From: an uncultured Gammaproteobacteria bacterium
GTDB taxonomy: Bacteria > Patescibacteriota > Microgenomatia > PFEM01 > DATLAM01
Reading direction: 5' to 3'
Assembly: GCA_964566925.1 (NCBI GenBank)
Contig: CAZMIZ010000002.1
Span: forward strand, 8,647-72,646
DNA length: 64,000 nt
The notes beneath the pieces were generated by a model. It was not told the origin of the DNA. It searched no databases and saw nothing but the letters and a program-made list of their open reading frames with translations. A program made the translations under genes and the position numbers. Each line of letters opens with the position of its first letter. Within the stretch, counting starts at the first letter, position 1. This document shows positions 29,741 through 39,148 of the stretch, piece after piece.

Positions 29741-30178
29741 GTGAGAATGGAAAAAATTAAATCTGGCTTTACTCTGATTGAGATGTTAGTGGTGATTTCG
29801 ATTATCGGTATCCTGGCTTCACTCACTTTAGTCAGCTATACCGGGGCCCAAAGACAGACCAGAGATACCCAAAGAAGGAGTGATCTTAATCAATATCGTA
29901 ATGCCCTTGAAGGTTATGCTGCCTCTAATAGCGGTCTTTACCCGGCGGCTTCTGCTGGAGACGCCGACGACATTTGTGGGACAGGCAATCCTTTAGAAGA
30001 TTATATGAGTGATTGCCCGATCGATCCTATTGGTGGAACTGGTTATGGTTATCAATATTGGTCTGATGGGGCTGATTACACTCTTTGGGGGGCCTTGGAA
30101 ACTGGTGATTATTGGAAGATTTGCTCAAACGGAAAAAGCGGTAAATCAACCAGTGATAGCAGTACCTGTGACTTATGA
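29741..30178 (+). CDS. GspG-like pilin
   Basis: G|FTLIEML, RDTQRRSDL, LWGALE. Confidence 0.85.
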   Translation: MRMEKIKSGFTLIEMLVVISIIGILASLTLVSYTGAQRQTRDTQRRSDLNQYRNALEGYAASNSGLYPAASAGDADDICGTGNPLEDYMSDCPIDPIGGTGYGYQYWSDGADYTLWGALETGDYWKICSNGKSGKSTSDSSTCDL

Positions 30179-30573
30179 AAAACAAAGGCTTTACTCTCAT
30201 TGAACTTTTGGTGGTGATGACCATTATCGCCCTTCTTTTGGGGTTGTCTTTGGTTTCTTATCAGGGCGCCAGAAAAGTAGCTCGAGACGGCCAGAGAAAA
30301 GCCGACTTAGAAGAAATTAGAAGCGCTTTAGAGATGTGTCGGACGGACACAGGCAGTTATCCTGGTTCTCTTAGTTCTGGCAGTCCCCTAACCTGCGGTG
30401 GTGAAACTTATTTAGATGAAGTCCCCAGTGACCCCCTTTCGGGCAGGCAATACGCTTATAGTGGCAGTGCTGACAGTTATAGCCTTTATGCCGCCCTAGA
30501 AATTGACACCGGTGATTCTTACTCAGGTGACTGTGGCGATGCCACCTGTAATTATCAAGTCACTAATCCTTAA
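30175..30573 (+). CDS. GspG-like pilin
   Basis: G|FTLIELL, RDGQRKADL, LYAALE. Confidence 0.85.
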   Translation: MKNKGFTLIELLVVMTIIALLLGLSLVSYQGARKVARDGQRKADLEEIRSALEMCRTDTGSYPGSLSSGSPLTCGGETYLDEVPSDPLSGRQYAYSGSADSYSLYAALEIDTGDSYSGDCGDATCNYQVTNP

Positions 30574-30577
30574 ATGC

Positions 30578-31063
30578 ATGCGAAAATCCTGTTCCGGCTT
30601 TACCTTAATTGAGCTTCTAATCTCGTTTTCCATCATCGCTGTTATTTTTGGTCTTGGCCTGGCCAAATATAACCAATTTAACCGGCGCCAAATTGTAATT
30701 CAGGCCGCTAACGAATTGAAAAGCAATCTTCGTTTGACTCAAGGAAGGGCAATTAATGGCGAGAAGGATTGTGCTGTTTGTCAAGTGGGACCAGAGTGTG
30801 GCGATAGTGATGACTTGGCCCTTGAGGGATGGTACATCAGTTTTACCGCTGATAGTTATCAGGTTTATGGTCAATGTGGCGGACTCTCCTTCTCCTCTAA
30901 AACAACTAATTTAGGAGGACGACAGATTACCCTTTCTTCTACCGTTAACCCGATCTGGTTCAAACCATTAGGTTTAGGAGTTGGGGAAGGGGGGGCGATC
31001 ACTCTTACTGCCTTTGGTATAGAGGAGACGATTGTTGTTAGTCAATCAGGGGAAATCTACTGA
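30578..31063 (+). CDS. Minor pilin, FimT/GspH-like
   Basis: G|FTLIELL; C-terminal ..SQSGEI. Confidence 0.75.
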   Translation: MRKSCSGFTLIELLISFSIIAVIFGLGLAKYNQFNRRQIVIQAANELKSNLRLTQGRAINGEKDCAVCQVGPECGDSDDLALEGWYISFTADSYQVYGQCGGLSFSSKTTNLGGRQITLSSTVNPIWFKPLGLGVGEGGAITLTAFGIEETIVVSQSGEIY

Positions 31064-31064
31064 A

Positions 31065-31475
31065 ATGAGGCTTTTATCTAAAGAAAAAGGCCAATCATTA
31101 ATTGAGGTTTTAGCGGCCTTAGCCGTTGCTTTAGTGGTTATTTTGGGTTTAGTCCGGGTGACGATTTCTTCCATGACTAACGCTCGCTATGCCAAAAATC
31201 AATCTCTGGCCACTCAGTATGCTCAAGAAGCAATGGAAGAAGCAAGAGCTTATCGCGACCAAAATTCCTGGGAAACATTTTGGAGCGATAAAGTTCCCTC
31301 AACTGAGGGGCCCACGGACATAGATACCATTTTTTCAAAAACAGTCACCTATGAAAACGCAGAGACCAGTTTGGGGGCCGAAGACAGAGCAGAAATAACG
31401 GCCACGATTACCTGGTTAGATGGTGTTAAAACACATGAGTCAGAACTGACCAGCTATTTAACAAAGTGGGAGTAA
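31065..31475 (+). CDS. Minor pilin, PilV/GspI-like
   Basis: KG|QSLIEVL, ATQYAQEAME. Confidence 0.75.
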   Translation: MRLLSKEKGQSLIEVLAALAVALVVILGLVRVTISSMTNARYAKNQSLATQYAQEAMEEARAYRDQNSWETFWSDKVPSTEGPTDIDTIFSKTVTYENAETSLGAEDRAEITATITWLDGVKTHESELTSYLTKWE

Positions 31476-31477
31476 GA

Positions 31478-31945
31478 ATGAGAAAATCTGGTTATACCTT
31501 AATTGAAATCTTAATCGTCATTGGGATTTTGGGAATAGTGGCGGTGATCGGGTCAAATATGTTTTTTGCCATTCTTAGAAACACCGCCAAGAGTCAGGTT
31601 TTAGCGGAAGTGAAACAAAACGGCAATTATGCTCTTTCGATCATGAGTCGGATGATTAGAAATGCTAGAAGTGTTGATGCTTGTCCGGGAGATTCAATTA
31701 CGATCACCAATCCCGATAGAGAGACGACTACTTTTTCCTGCGAGGGAGCGAGGATTGCCTCTAATAGTGGGGTTTTTCTGACCAGCGATAAGGTTTTATC
31801 GTCAGCCTGCAATTTTTCCTGCACAGAAACAACCCCCGAAACAGTAACCGTTTCCTTTACTCTCACTCAAGCCAGTGGAGAGGAAAGAGTTGAAGAAAAA
31901 GCGACCCTTGATTTTAAAACAACAGTTTCTTTAAGAACTTACTAG
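31478..31945 (+). CDS. Minor pilin, PilW/GspJ-like
   Basis: G|YTLIEIL, IRNA, TTVSLR. Confidence 0.75.
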   Translation: MRKSGYTLIEILIVIGILGIVAVIGSNMFFAILRNTAKSQVLAEVKQNGNYALSIMSRMIRNARSVDACPGDSITITNPDRETTTFSCEGARIASNSGVFLTSDKVLSSACNFSCTETTPETVTVSFTLTQASGEERVEEKATLDFKTTVSLRTY

Positions 31946-31994
31946 GAAGCGGAAGGGTTGACTTTCCTTCTCTTTCAAGTTTACAATTAAATCA

Positions 31995-32876
31995 ATGAGA
32001 AAATCTGCCCAGCAATCTGGCCAGGCCCCAAAGTTGTGTCGACATACTTCGGGGCAGGCTCTTTTAATCGTTCTCCTGGTGATGGCCGTTGGTTTAACAA
32101 TTGCCCTTTCTATTGTTTCCCGTTCAGTTACAGATATTCGGATTTCTCAAGAGGAAGAAGAATCCGCCCGGGCTTTTTCTGCCGCTGAAGCGGGCATTGA
32201 AGAGTCATTGCGTGCCGGTTCGGCCACAGAGGTCACCTTAGAAGGAATTACGGCTCGAGTGACCGAGACTAGTCGAGGTGCGGGCACGAGTTTTGTCTTT
32301 GAAGAACCAGTGGACGAGAATGAAATCCAAACCATTTGGCTCGTCGGTCATGATAGCGATGGCAATTTTGATACTGACACCACTTATGACGGTGATCAAA
32401 TCTGGCTTTACTGGGGAAATGAGGGCTCAGGAACCGGTGACGGCAATTGTAGTGGCAATCCGGTGCCTGCCCTTGAAGCAGCGATCATCTATGATAATGG
32501 CGGTTTTAAAATAAACAGATACGCTTCTGATCCCGACGGAACCAGAGCGACTAACTGTAATAAATTTAATTCTAGCGTTGAGGTCGGCATTTTTTCCTTA
32601 GGAGGGAACGATTTCAATTATCGGAAGACCATTGATCTCCCCTCGGGAACAAAATATGCTTTACGTCTGAGACTTTTGTATAACGATGAACCTCACCTTC
32701 TAGGCGTCCAGGCGATTGGAGGCGATGTCAATTTTCCTGCCCAGGGTAAATGTTATGAATCAACGGCGACGGCTCCTTCAGGGATAACGCGCAAAGTCAG
32801 ACAATGCCAATCCTTTCCGGCGCCAGCGGCAACTTTTGATTACGTTTTGTTTTCAGGAAGTGATTTAACCAAATAG
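31995..32876 (+). CDS. Minor pilin, PilX/GspK-like
   Basis: G|QALLIVLL without Glu5; AFSAAEAGIE. Confidence 0.75.
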   Translation: MRKSAQQSGQAPKLCRHTSGQALLIVLLVMAVGLTIALSIVSRSVTDIRISQEEEESARAFSAAEAGIEESLRAGSATEVTLEGITARVTETSRGAGTSFVFEEPVDENEIQTIWLVGHDSDGNFDTDTTYDGDQIWLYWGNEGSGTGDGNCSGNPVPALEAAIIYDNGGFKINRYASDPDGTRATNCNKFNSSVEVGIFSLGGNDFNYRKTIDLPSGTKYALRLRLLYNDEPHLLGVQAIGGDVNFPAQGKCYESTATAPSGITRKVRQCQSFPAPAATFDYVLFSGSDLTK

Positions 32877-32887
32877 AGAGCTGCTCT

Positions 32888-33919
32888 ATGAAAATCTTTG
32901 GCCTCGATATCGGTTCTCACACTCTTAAGGTAGCCCAAGTAGAAAAAGCTGGCAACCAATACAGGTTAGTGGCTTTAGGAATGAGCCCTGCTCCAGCCGG
33001 AGGGATCCTTTCCGAGGCAGTCAATGACCAAACTCAACTTTCGGAGGCAATCAAAAAGCTTAAATCTGAGGCAAAAATTACAACTAACAACGTTGCTGCC
33101 GCTCTTCCTGAAGATAAAATTTTTACGCGAGTGATTGAAATGCCTCTGTTAAAAGAGGATGAGCTCGAGTCGGCGATTAAATGGGAAGCAGAACAATATA
33201 TACCTCTACCTCTTGACGAAGTTACTCTTGATTATCAAATTGCCTCGATGCCCGACCAGAAAGCAAGCCAGGAAAAGAAAATGGAAGTTTTATTGGTAGC
33301 CTCACCGAAACAGTTAATTGATAGATACCTCAAAGTTCTAGAAGGAGCTGGATTACGACCGGCTAGCTTAGAAACGGAGATTATTGCGATTGCCAGAAGT
33401 GTGGCTCCGCCCGACTCAACCCCAGTTTTAGTGGTTGATCTTGGGGCTAGAGCTACAGATATGGCTATTGTCGACAAAGGCCAGATTGTTTTTACCCGTT
33501 CGATTGGGACAGCTGGCGAAGCTTTGACTCGGGCTGTCGCTACCGAATTAAAGCTTGAGCCAGGGCAGGCAGAAGAATACAAGAAAGCCTATGGGGTTGA
33601 TCCAAAACAGCTTGAGGGGAAAGTTAAGGGGGCCATCGGACCAATTCTTGACGTGGTGGTTAAAGAAATGGAAAAAGCCCTTGAGTTTTATCGTTCAAGA
33701 CATAAGGAAACACCGGTCAGTCGAGCCGTTCTTACCGGAGGGACGGCGGGTTTACCAGAGGTAGTTTCCTTGATCGCTCAGAAACTAGGCATAGAAGCTC
33801 AACTGGCTGACCCCTTCACTCGCCTTATTAAAGAAGGTGAAATTTTAGCAAAATTGCCTGAAGGAACCAGCCCTCTTTATGCCATCGCGATGGGCCTAGC
33901 TCTTAAAGAGGTAAGCTGA
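32888..33919 (+). CDS. pilM: Type IV pilus assembly protein PilM
   Basis: GLDIGS, WEAEQYIP, VVDLG, LTGG, GLALK. Confidence 0.92.
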   Translation: MKIFGLDIGSHTLKVAQVEKAGNQYRLVALGMSPAPAGGILSEAVNDQTQLSEAIKKLKSEAKITTNNVAAALPEDKIFTRVIEMPLLKEDELESAIKWEAEQYIPLPLDEVTLDYQIASMPDQKASQEKKMEVLLVASPKQLIDRYLKVLEGAGLRPASLETEIIAIARSVAPPDSTPVLVVDLGARATDMAIVDKGQIVFTRSIGTAGEALTRAVATELKLEPGQAEEYKKAYGVDPKQLEGKVKGAIGPILDVVVKEMEKALEFYRSRHKETPVSRAVLTGGTAGLPEVVSLIAQKLGIEAQLADPFTRLIKEGEILAKLPEGTSPLYAIAMGLALKEVS

Positions 33920-34462
33920 ATGGAAAAAGGAATCAATCTTCTTCGAGCAAAGGAAAAAGTTTCAGAAAAAGAAATCAAGCTTAGACGATTCTCACAAGTG
34001 GGAAGCAGCCTTCTTCTAATTATTTATATTTTAATTTTAGGCAGTGCTTTTTCCTTTTTGGTTATCCAACAAAGAGAAGCGAGCGTCGTCGGGGACAAAA
34101 TCAAACAAACAGAAACCAAAATTAAAAGCCTCAAGAGCACAGAGTCTTTACAAGTTGCCCTTGGGGAGAGATTAAAAGTACTGAACTCCATTTTTAAAAA
34201 TCAAGGGCTTGATTATAAAGAAGCTCTGTCAGTCCTTGAGCAATTGACCCCATCAGGAGTGGTTTTATCGAATTTTGATCTAACAAAAGAAGGAGAAATT
34301 GCCGTTTCGGGTTTGGCGGACACCTCTTTAAGCCTAGGAGAGTTCTTGGTCAATCTGGTCGCCTCGGAAAAAAATTTAGAAAATATTACTCTCTCATCGG
34401 TCAAACGTACCGAGGGGGGCAATTATGATTTCAGTTTAAAATTGCTATTTGCATCAATTTAA
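33920..34462 (+). CDS. pilN: PilN-like protein
   Basis: INLL N-terminus, TM, coiled coil; follows pilM. Confidence 0.75.
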   Translation: MEKGINLLRAKEKVSEKEIKLRRFSQVGSSLLLIIYILILGSAFSFLVIQQREASVVGDKIKQTETKIKSLKSTESLQVALGERLKVLNSIFKNQGLDYKEALSVLEQLTPSGVVLSNFDLTKEGEIAVSGLADTSLSLGEFLVNLVASEKNLENITLSSVKRTEGGNYDFSLKLLFASI

Positions 34463-34463
34463 A

Positions 34464-35189
34464 ATGAAAAAGACTGATCTCAAATTAATCCTGACTAGAT
34501 ATCGCCCCTTTTTCTTCCCTCTTTTAATTGGTCTGGCTATTTTAATTCTTACCATAACCTTATTGATTCCCAAAATAACCCAAATTTTTGAATTAAGACA
34601 GGACCTTTCTAAGGAAAAAGCAAGATTGGCTAAACTCACCCAAAAGTTAGCCGAGCTTAATGGGTTAGATGATAACGAACTGACCACTAAAGCGACTTTG
34701 ATGGTGGTTGCTTTACCTGCGGAAAAGGACGTGCCCTTGATTTTAGCTACTCTTTCCAGTTTAGGAAAAGAGACAGGAATGGAGGTTGAAAACGTTAAGG
34801 TTTCTCCAGGTGAGCTTTCAACGGAGTCTGGGAAAATAAAAAAGAAAGAGAAGGGAGAAGAAACGCCCACTCTTCCTTTTGAAGTTTTAGCTAAGGGGAC
34901 AATGGAATCGCTGAAAAATTTTTTGAATCGATTAGGATCGACCATTCCGGTGATGCGAGTTGAAAGCGCTTCTCTCTCTTTTGAAGAAGGAGAATGGCAA
35001 GCAAAAATCTCTCTTGACACTTTTTTTCTGTCACTACCGAAAACCTTAGGGGCAGTTGAAACTCCTTTGGCCGAAATTACTCCCGAGGAAGAGCTTATTT
35101 ACAAAAGGATTGAAAAATATCGAGCTCCGGCAATTGAAGGCGATTTACCTTCTGTGGGTACAGGCAAGGAAGACCCCTTTTCTTTTTAG
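34464..35189 (+). CDS. pilO: PilO-like protein
   Basis: TM, coiled coil, ALP.EKD, C-terminal GKEDPF. Confidence 0.7.
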   Translation: MKKTDLKLILTRYRPFFFPLLIGLAILILTITLLIPKITQIFELRQDLSKEKARLAKLTQKLAELNGLDDNELTTKATLMVVALPAEKDVPLILATLSSLGKETGMEVENVKVSPGELSTESGKIKKKEKGEETPTLPFEVLAKGTMESLKNFLNRLGSTIPVMRVESASLSFEEGEWQAKISLDTFFLSLPKTLGAVETPLAEITPEEELIYKRIEKYRAPAIEGDLPSVGTGKEDPFSF

Positions 35190-35468
35190 TTAACTTTCTT
35201 TTTTCTTAACTTTTTCTTCTTCATCAATTAACTGGACGTCAATCCTTTTTCCTTTTTCGAAAGCTTGAAGTCTAATCAAATTACGAATTGCCTGAATTGT
35301 TTTTCCCTCTTTGCCAATGATCAGGCCTAAATCTTTTGGATCCACTTTTAGTTTGAAAATAGAGAGATTTTCGGATTGATCGCAGATTACTTTAACGGCA
35401 GCGGGATTATCTACCAGCGATTTAGCGATATATTCGAGAAGTTTCTTCTTAGCGTCAAGCTTAGGCAT
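35190..35468 (-). CDS. khpA: KH-domain RNA-binding protein KhpA-like
   Basis: LVDNP, DLGLIIGKEGKTIQAIR; downstream of rpsP. Confidence 0.85.
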   Translation of the reverse strand: MPKLDAKKKLLEYIAKSLVDNPAAVKVICDQSENLSIFKLKVDPKDLGLIIGKEGKTIQAIRNLIRLQAFEKGKRIDVQLIDEEEKVKKKES

Positions 35469-35697
35469 GGCTTTTTTGAATAAGTCGTCGAACTGCCTGA
35501 GTGGGTTGGGCACCTTGAGCAAGCCAATGCTGGTAGCGGGCTTCATTAATTTTTACAGTTGGCGGGCTAGTTTGAGGATTGTAAAAACCAAGTCTCTCAA
35601 TAACCACACTCTCTCTCTTCCGACGGCTGTCGGTGGCGACAATGCGATAATTCGGCTGATGCTTTTTGCCGGTTCTTGCCAATCTTATTTTAACCAT
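35461..35697 (-). CDS. rpsP: 30S ribosomal protein S16
   Basis: MVKIRLARTGKK..YRIV..GAQPT. Confidence 0.97.
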   Translation of the reverse strand: MVKIRLARTGKKHQPNYRIVATDSRRKRESVVIERLGFYNPQTSPPTVKINEARYQHWLAQGAQPTQAVRRLIQKSHA

Positions 35698-35710
35698 CTT
35701 CTTAATTCTA

Positions 35711-36403
35711 TCATCCCTTTTTCAACTTCTCAAGGGCGATTTTGGCGGCTTGTTGCTCCGCTTCCTGTTTGCTGGTTCCCTTTCCTTGAGCCAAGATTTT
35801 TCTTTTAAGGTAGACACCCACCACAAAAGTTCGGGCATGAGCTGGTCCGAGAGTCTTGAGAGTTTGGTATTTTGGTGCTTCTTTTGTTCTTGCCTGAAGC
35901 TGTTCCTGAAGAGTACTTTTATAGTCTTTGGTTATAGGTTTTCTGGTAAACTTCTCTATTAGAGAAAAGAATTCCTTTTCGATGAATTTCTCTACAACCT
36001 CGATTCCCTGATCAAGATAAATTGCTCCGATCAGGGCTTCAACAGAATTGGCCAAGAGAGATGGCTTCTTTTTCCCACCCGACTCTTCCTCTCCTTTTCC
36101 CATAATCAAGTAATTGCCCAGGTTTAATTTTTGGGCGATTCGGGCCAAAGAAGTAGTTCTGACAATTTTTGATCTTAAGTTGGTTAGATCACCCTCTTGG
36201 TAGCAAGAAAATCGATCATAAAGAAAGGTCGAGATAACAGAAGAAAGAATGGCATCGCCCAGAAATTCCAGCCTTTCATTCGAGGATAAGTGGCTTTCAG
36301 GATTTTCGTTAAGGAAGGAGCGGTGGATAAAAGATTGGGTTAAGAGCGCTTTATTTTTAAAATTTACTCCCAGAGATTTTTCTAGCCGGTTAAGATTTTT
36401 CAT
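35711..36403 (-). CDS. rnc: Ribonuclease III
   Basis: NERLEFLGDA, dsRBD. Confidence 0.97.
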   Translation of the reverse strand: MKNLNRLEKSLGVNFKNKALLTQSFIHRSFLNENPESHLSSNERLEFLGDAILSSVISTFLYDRFSCYQEGDLTNLRSKIVRTTSLARIAQKLNLGNYLIMGKGEEESGGKKKPSLLANSVEALIGAIYLDQGIEVVEKFIEKEFFSLIEKFTRKPITKDYKSTLQEQLQARTKEAPKYQTLKTLGPAHARTFVVGVYLKRKILAQGKGTSKQEAEQQAAKIALEKLKKG

Positions 36404-36762
36404 TTTTTCCCTTTTAAGACTGAACCAAGGACACCATTGACAAAACTGGCACTTTTTTCACTTCCATATTTTTTTGCCAGCTCAATTGCTTCATCAATAA
36501 TTACCTTAGGTGGTTCTCGGTGTTCAATGATTAACTCAAAAATTGCTAAGCGCAGGATAGCCAGATCAATTCGGTTAATTTGAGCAATTGGCCATTCAGG
36601 AGCACAGCGGCTGATAGTTTTATCAATCTTCCCCCTGACGGCCAACACCTTTTGGGCCAAGTGATTTTTAATCTTTTCTCCTGTTTTTGAAAATCCCCAG
36701 GCATAAAGCGCCTTAATTGCTTTTTTTCTTCTTATGTGGCGCGGATCAGAAGCAACCTTCAA
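36400..36762 (-). CDS. nusB: Transcription antitermination factor NusB
   Basis: IDLAILRLA, VIIDEAIELAK, FVNGVL. Confidence 0.93.
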   Translation of the reverse strand: MKVASDPRHIRRKKAIKALYAWGFSKTGEKIKNHLAQKVLAVRGKIDKTISRCAPEWPIAQINRIDLAILRLAIFELIIEHREPPKVIIDEAIELAKKYGSEKSASFVNGVLGSVLKGKK

Positions 36763-36765
36763 TGT

Positions 36766-36963
36766 TTATTCCTTTTTCTTTTTAGCCACTTTCTCCTTCG
36801 TCACTTGGACGCCCTTATATTGGCCACAGTGAAGACAGACGGCATGGGGAAGTTTTTTCTGACCACAGTGAGGACAGGTGATGAGGGACGGAGGGCTAAA
36901 TTTAATCGCTGACCGTCGTCTCCCCTTTCTTCCAGTTGAATGTTTTCTTTTAGGAAGAGCCAT
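36766..36963 (-). CDS. rpmF: 50S ribosomal protein L32
   Basis: MALPKRKHS, CPHC..HAVCLHCG. Confidence 0.95.
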   Translation of the reverse strand: MALPKRKHSTGRKGRRRSAIKFSPPSLITCPHCGQKKLPHAVCLHCGQYKGVQVTKEKVAKKKKE

Positions 36964-36971
36964 AAAATTTT

Positions 36972-39011
36972 CTAGTTTGGTTCGATCGCTTTAATTGTAT
37001 CTCTTTCTAGCTTCACTTTCAAGAGGGGGTGTTTTTTTAAGTTGGGATCTTGATTAGTTAGATTGGAGGCAGCTTTTTTGGTTGCTTTAATTAATGGCAG
37101 GTCGTTAAAAGAAGCCATTTTAAGATCCAAAAAACCATGCTGCTTTGTGCCGTAGATTTCTCCTGGACCTCTTAATTCTAAGTCCATTTCGGCGAGTTTC
37201 ATGCCAATGTTTGTTTTTTCCAAAGCCTTAAGACGCCTGACAATTTTCTTACCAAGGAGTTCAGTGAAAAGAAGGCAGTATGATTGTTTTGAACTTCGCC
37301 CTACCCGTCCCCGTAACTGATGAAGTTGAGCCAGGCCAAACCTATCTGCTCCTTCGACCATCATGATTGTGGCTGTAGGGATGTCAATCCCCACCTCGAC
37401 GACCGGAGTGGAAACTAAAATGTCTAACTTACCATCTTTAAATTTTCCTAGAACCGCATTTTTTTCTTTGCTTTTTAGCCGGCCATGGAGGAGGCCAAGT
37501 TTAAGATCAGGAAAAATTCTTTTTTGGAGCTCCTGGAATTCAGTCGTTACTGCTTTGACCGATTGGAGAGTTTCAGAAGTTGATTCTTCGATGAGGGGGC
37601 AAATAATAAAAGCCTGGTTTTCATTTCCTTTTATCTGTTCCCGGATCCACTGGTAGGCTGATTCTCTTTTTTGATGAGGAACCACCCAAGTTTTTACTTG
37701 TTGCCTCCCGGGAGGCAGTTCATCAATAAGAGAGAGATCTAAATCGCCATACAAGGCGAGGGCGATGGTCCGAGGTATAGGAGTGGCGGTCATCGTTAAA
37801 ATGTGAGGAGCCTCCCCTTTTTTGATTAATTTGGCTCGTTGTTCGACGCCGAAGCGATGTTGTTCATCAATCACGGCCAAGCCGAGCTTAGTAAATTTGG
37901 CTCTTTTATGAATTAAGGCGTGAGTCCCGATAATAAGATCGAACTTTTGAGTTTTTCTTCTTTGGCTACCAGTAAGGAGCTCTACCTGAACTCCTAGAGG
38001 TTTTAGAAGCTGTTCAAGGGTACAATAGTGTTGACTGGCCAAAATCTCGGTGGGGGCCATTAAGGCCGATTGCACCCCATTAAGATGAGCAATATAGATA
38101 GCCAGAGCAGCGACTACCGTTTTCCCACTCCCTACGTCTCCTTCGAGGAGGCGGTTCATCGGTTGTTCTTTTTTTAAATCAACTAAAATTTCTCGAGTGA
38201 CTCGCTTTTGAGCTCGGGTGAGTTCAAAAGGGAGCTGATGAAGAAAGTTCAGAACCTCTTTTTGATTGACAAAAAATTTGTAGGCCAGTTTTTTCTTTTC
38301 CCATTCTTTTTTACGCATCAAAGAGGCTAACTGAATGAGGAAGAGTTCATCAAAAGCCAAGCGATTTTGGGCTATTTTAGCTTCTTGGTGTGTTTTTGGA
38401 AAATGAATTTGCTCAATTGCCATAGAAAGGTCAATGAGATTATTATTTTTCCTTGTTTTTGATGGCAAAAAATCCTCAATTTCAGGCAAAACTTGCTTTA
38501 AAAGCGGGGCGATTCGAGAGCGGAGCCATTTAGAAGAAATACCTGAAGTTTCGTGATAGACAGGCACTAGTCTGCCGGTATGAATTGTTTTCCGACTAGC
38601 GGAAGGGTTTTTTTGAATTTCATATTCAGGGGAAATTAAAACAATCTTTCGGCCAAACCAATCAGCTTTACCCGACAGGCTAATTTTCATTCCTGGCCTG
38701 ATGGTTTTGATTAAAAAGGGTTGGTTGAACCAAACAGCCTCAATTTCTCCTGACTGATCGCCTATTCTGGCTTTTTGGATTTTTTTTCCTCGACTGGTGT
38801 ATTCATTTTTGATTGATAAAACTTGAGCTTTAACAGTGACGATTTCGCTTGGCTGGATTTTTCTTATTGGCGAGACTAAAGAATAATCAATATAGCGGAA
38901 GGGGAAATGATACAAAAGATCTTCAGCCGTTTCAATTTCCAAGCGTTTTAGTCGCCGGGCATAGGTTGGCCCGACCATAAAAAGTTTTTCTACTGGCGTG
39001 GCAAGATCCAT
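36972..39011 (-). CDS. recG: ATP-dependent DNA helicase RecG
   Basis: GDVGSGKT, DEQHRFG, MTATPIPRT, QLRGRVGR. Confidence 0.97.
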   Translation of the reverse strand: MDLATPVEKLFMVGPTYARRLKRLEIETAEDLLYHFPFRYIDYSLVSPIRKIQPSEIVTVKAQVLSIKNEYTSRGKKIQKARIGDQSGEIEAVWFNQPFLIKTIRPGMKISLSGKADWFGRKIVLISPEYEIQKNPSASRKTIHTGRLVPVYHETSGISSKWLRSRIAPLLKQVLPEIEDFLPSKTRKNNNLIDLSMAIEQIHFPKTHQEAKIAQNRLAFDELFLIQLASLMRKKEWEKKKLAYKFFVNQKEVLNFLHQLPFELTRAQKRVTREILVDLKKEQPMNRLLEGDVGSGKTVVAALAIYIAHLNGVQSALMAPTEILASQHYCTLEQLLKPLGVQVELLTGSQRRKTQKFDLIIGTHALIHKRAKFTKLGLAVIDEQHRFGVEQRAKLIKKGEAPHILTMTATPIPRTIALALYGDLDLSLIDELPPGRQQVKTWVVPHQKRESAYQWIREQIKGNENQAFIICPLIEESTSETLQSVKAVTTEFQELQKRIFPDLKLGLLHGRLKSKEKNAVLGKFKDGKLDILVSTPVVEVGIDIPTATIMMVEGADRFGLAQLHQLRGRVGRSSKQSYCLLFTELLGKKIVRRLKALEKTNIGMKLAEMDLELRGPGEIYGTKQHGFLDLKMASFNDLPLIKATKKAASNLTNQDPNLKKHPLLKVKLERDTIKAIEPN

Positions 39012-39037
39012 TTTCCTTAATTATAGCTCAAAAACTT

Positions 39038-39148
39038 TTATCTTAGAAGAACAGAAAGGGCGGGCAGCAAAGCGGTTAGTAAGAGAGCAATTGAGGCAAT
39101 GGCCACAATAACCATCCAGAGTTTTTGCTGCTTTTTAGAAAGAATCAT
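39038..39148 (-). CDS. Small single-TM membrane protein (36 aa), below the ORF-track cutoff
   Basis: MILSKKQQKLWMVIVAIASIALLLTALLPALSVLLR; ATGA overlap with the tyrS stop. Confidence 0.6.
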   Translation of the reverse strand: MILSKKQQKLWMVIVAIASIALLLTALLPALSVLLR

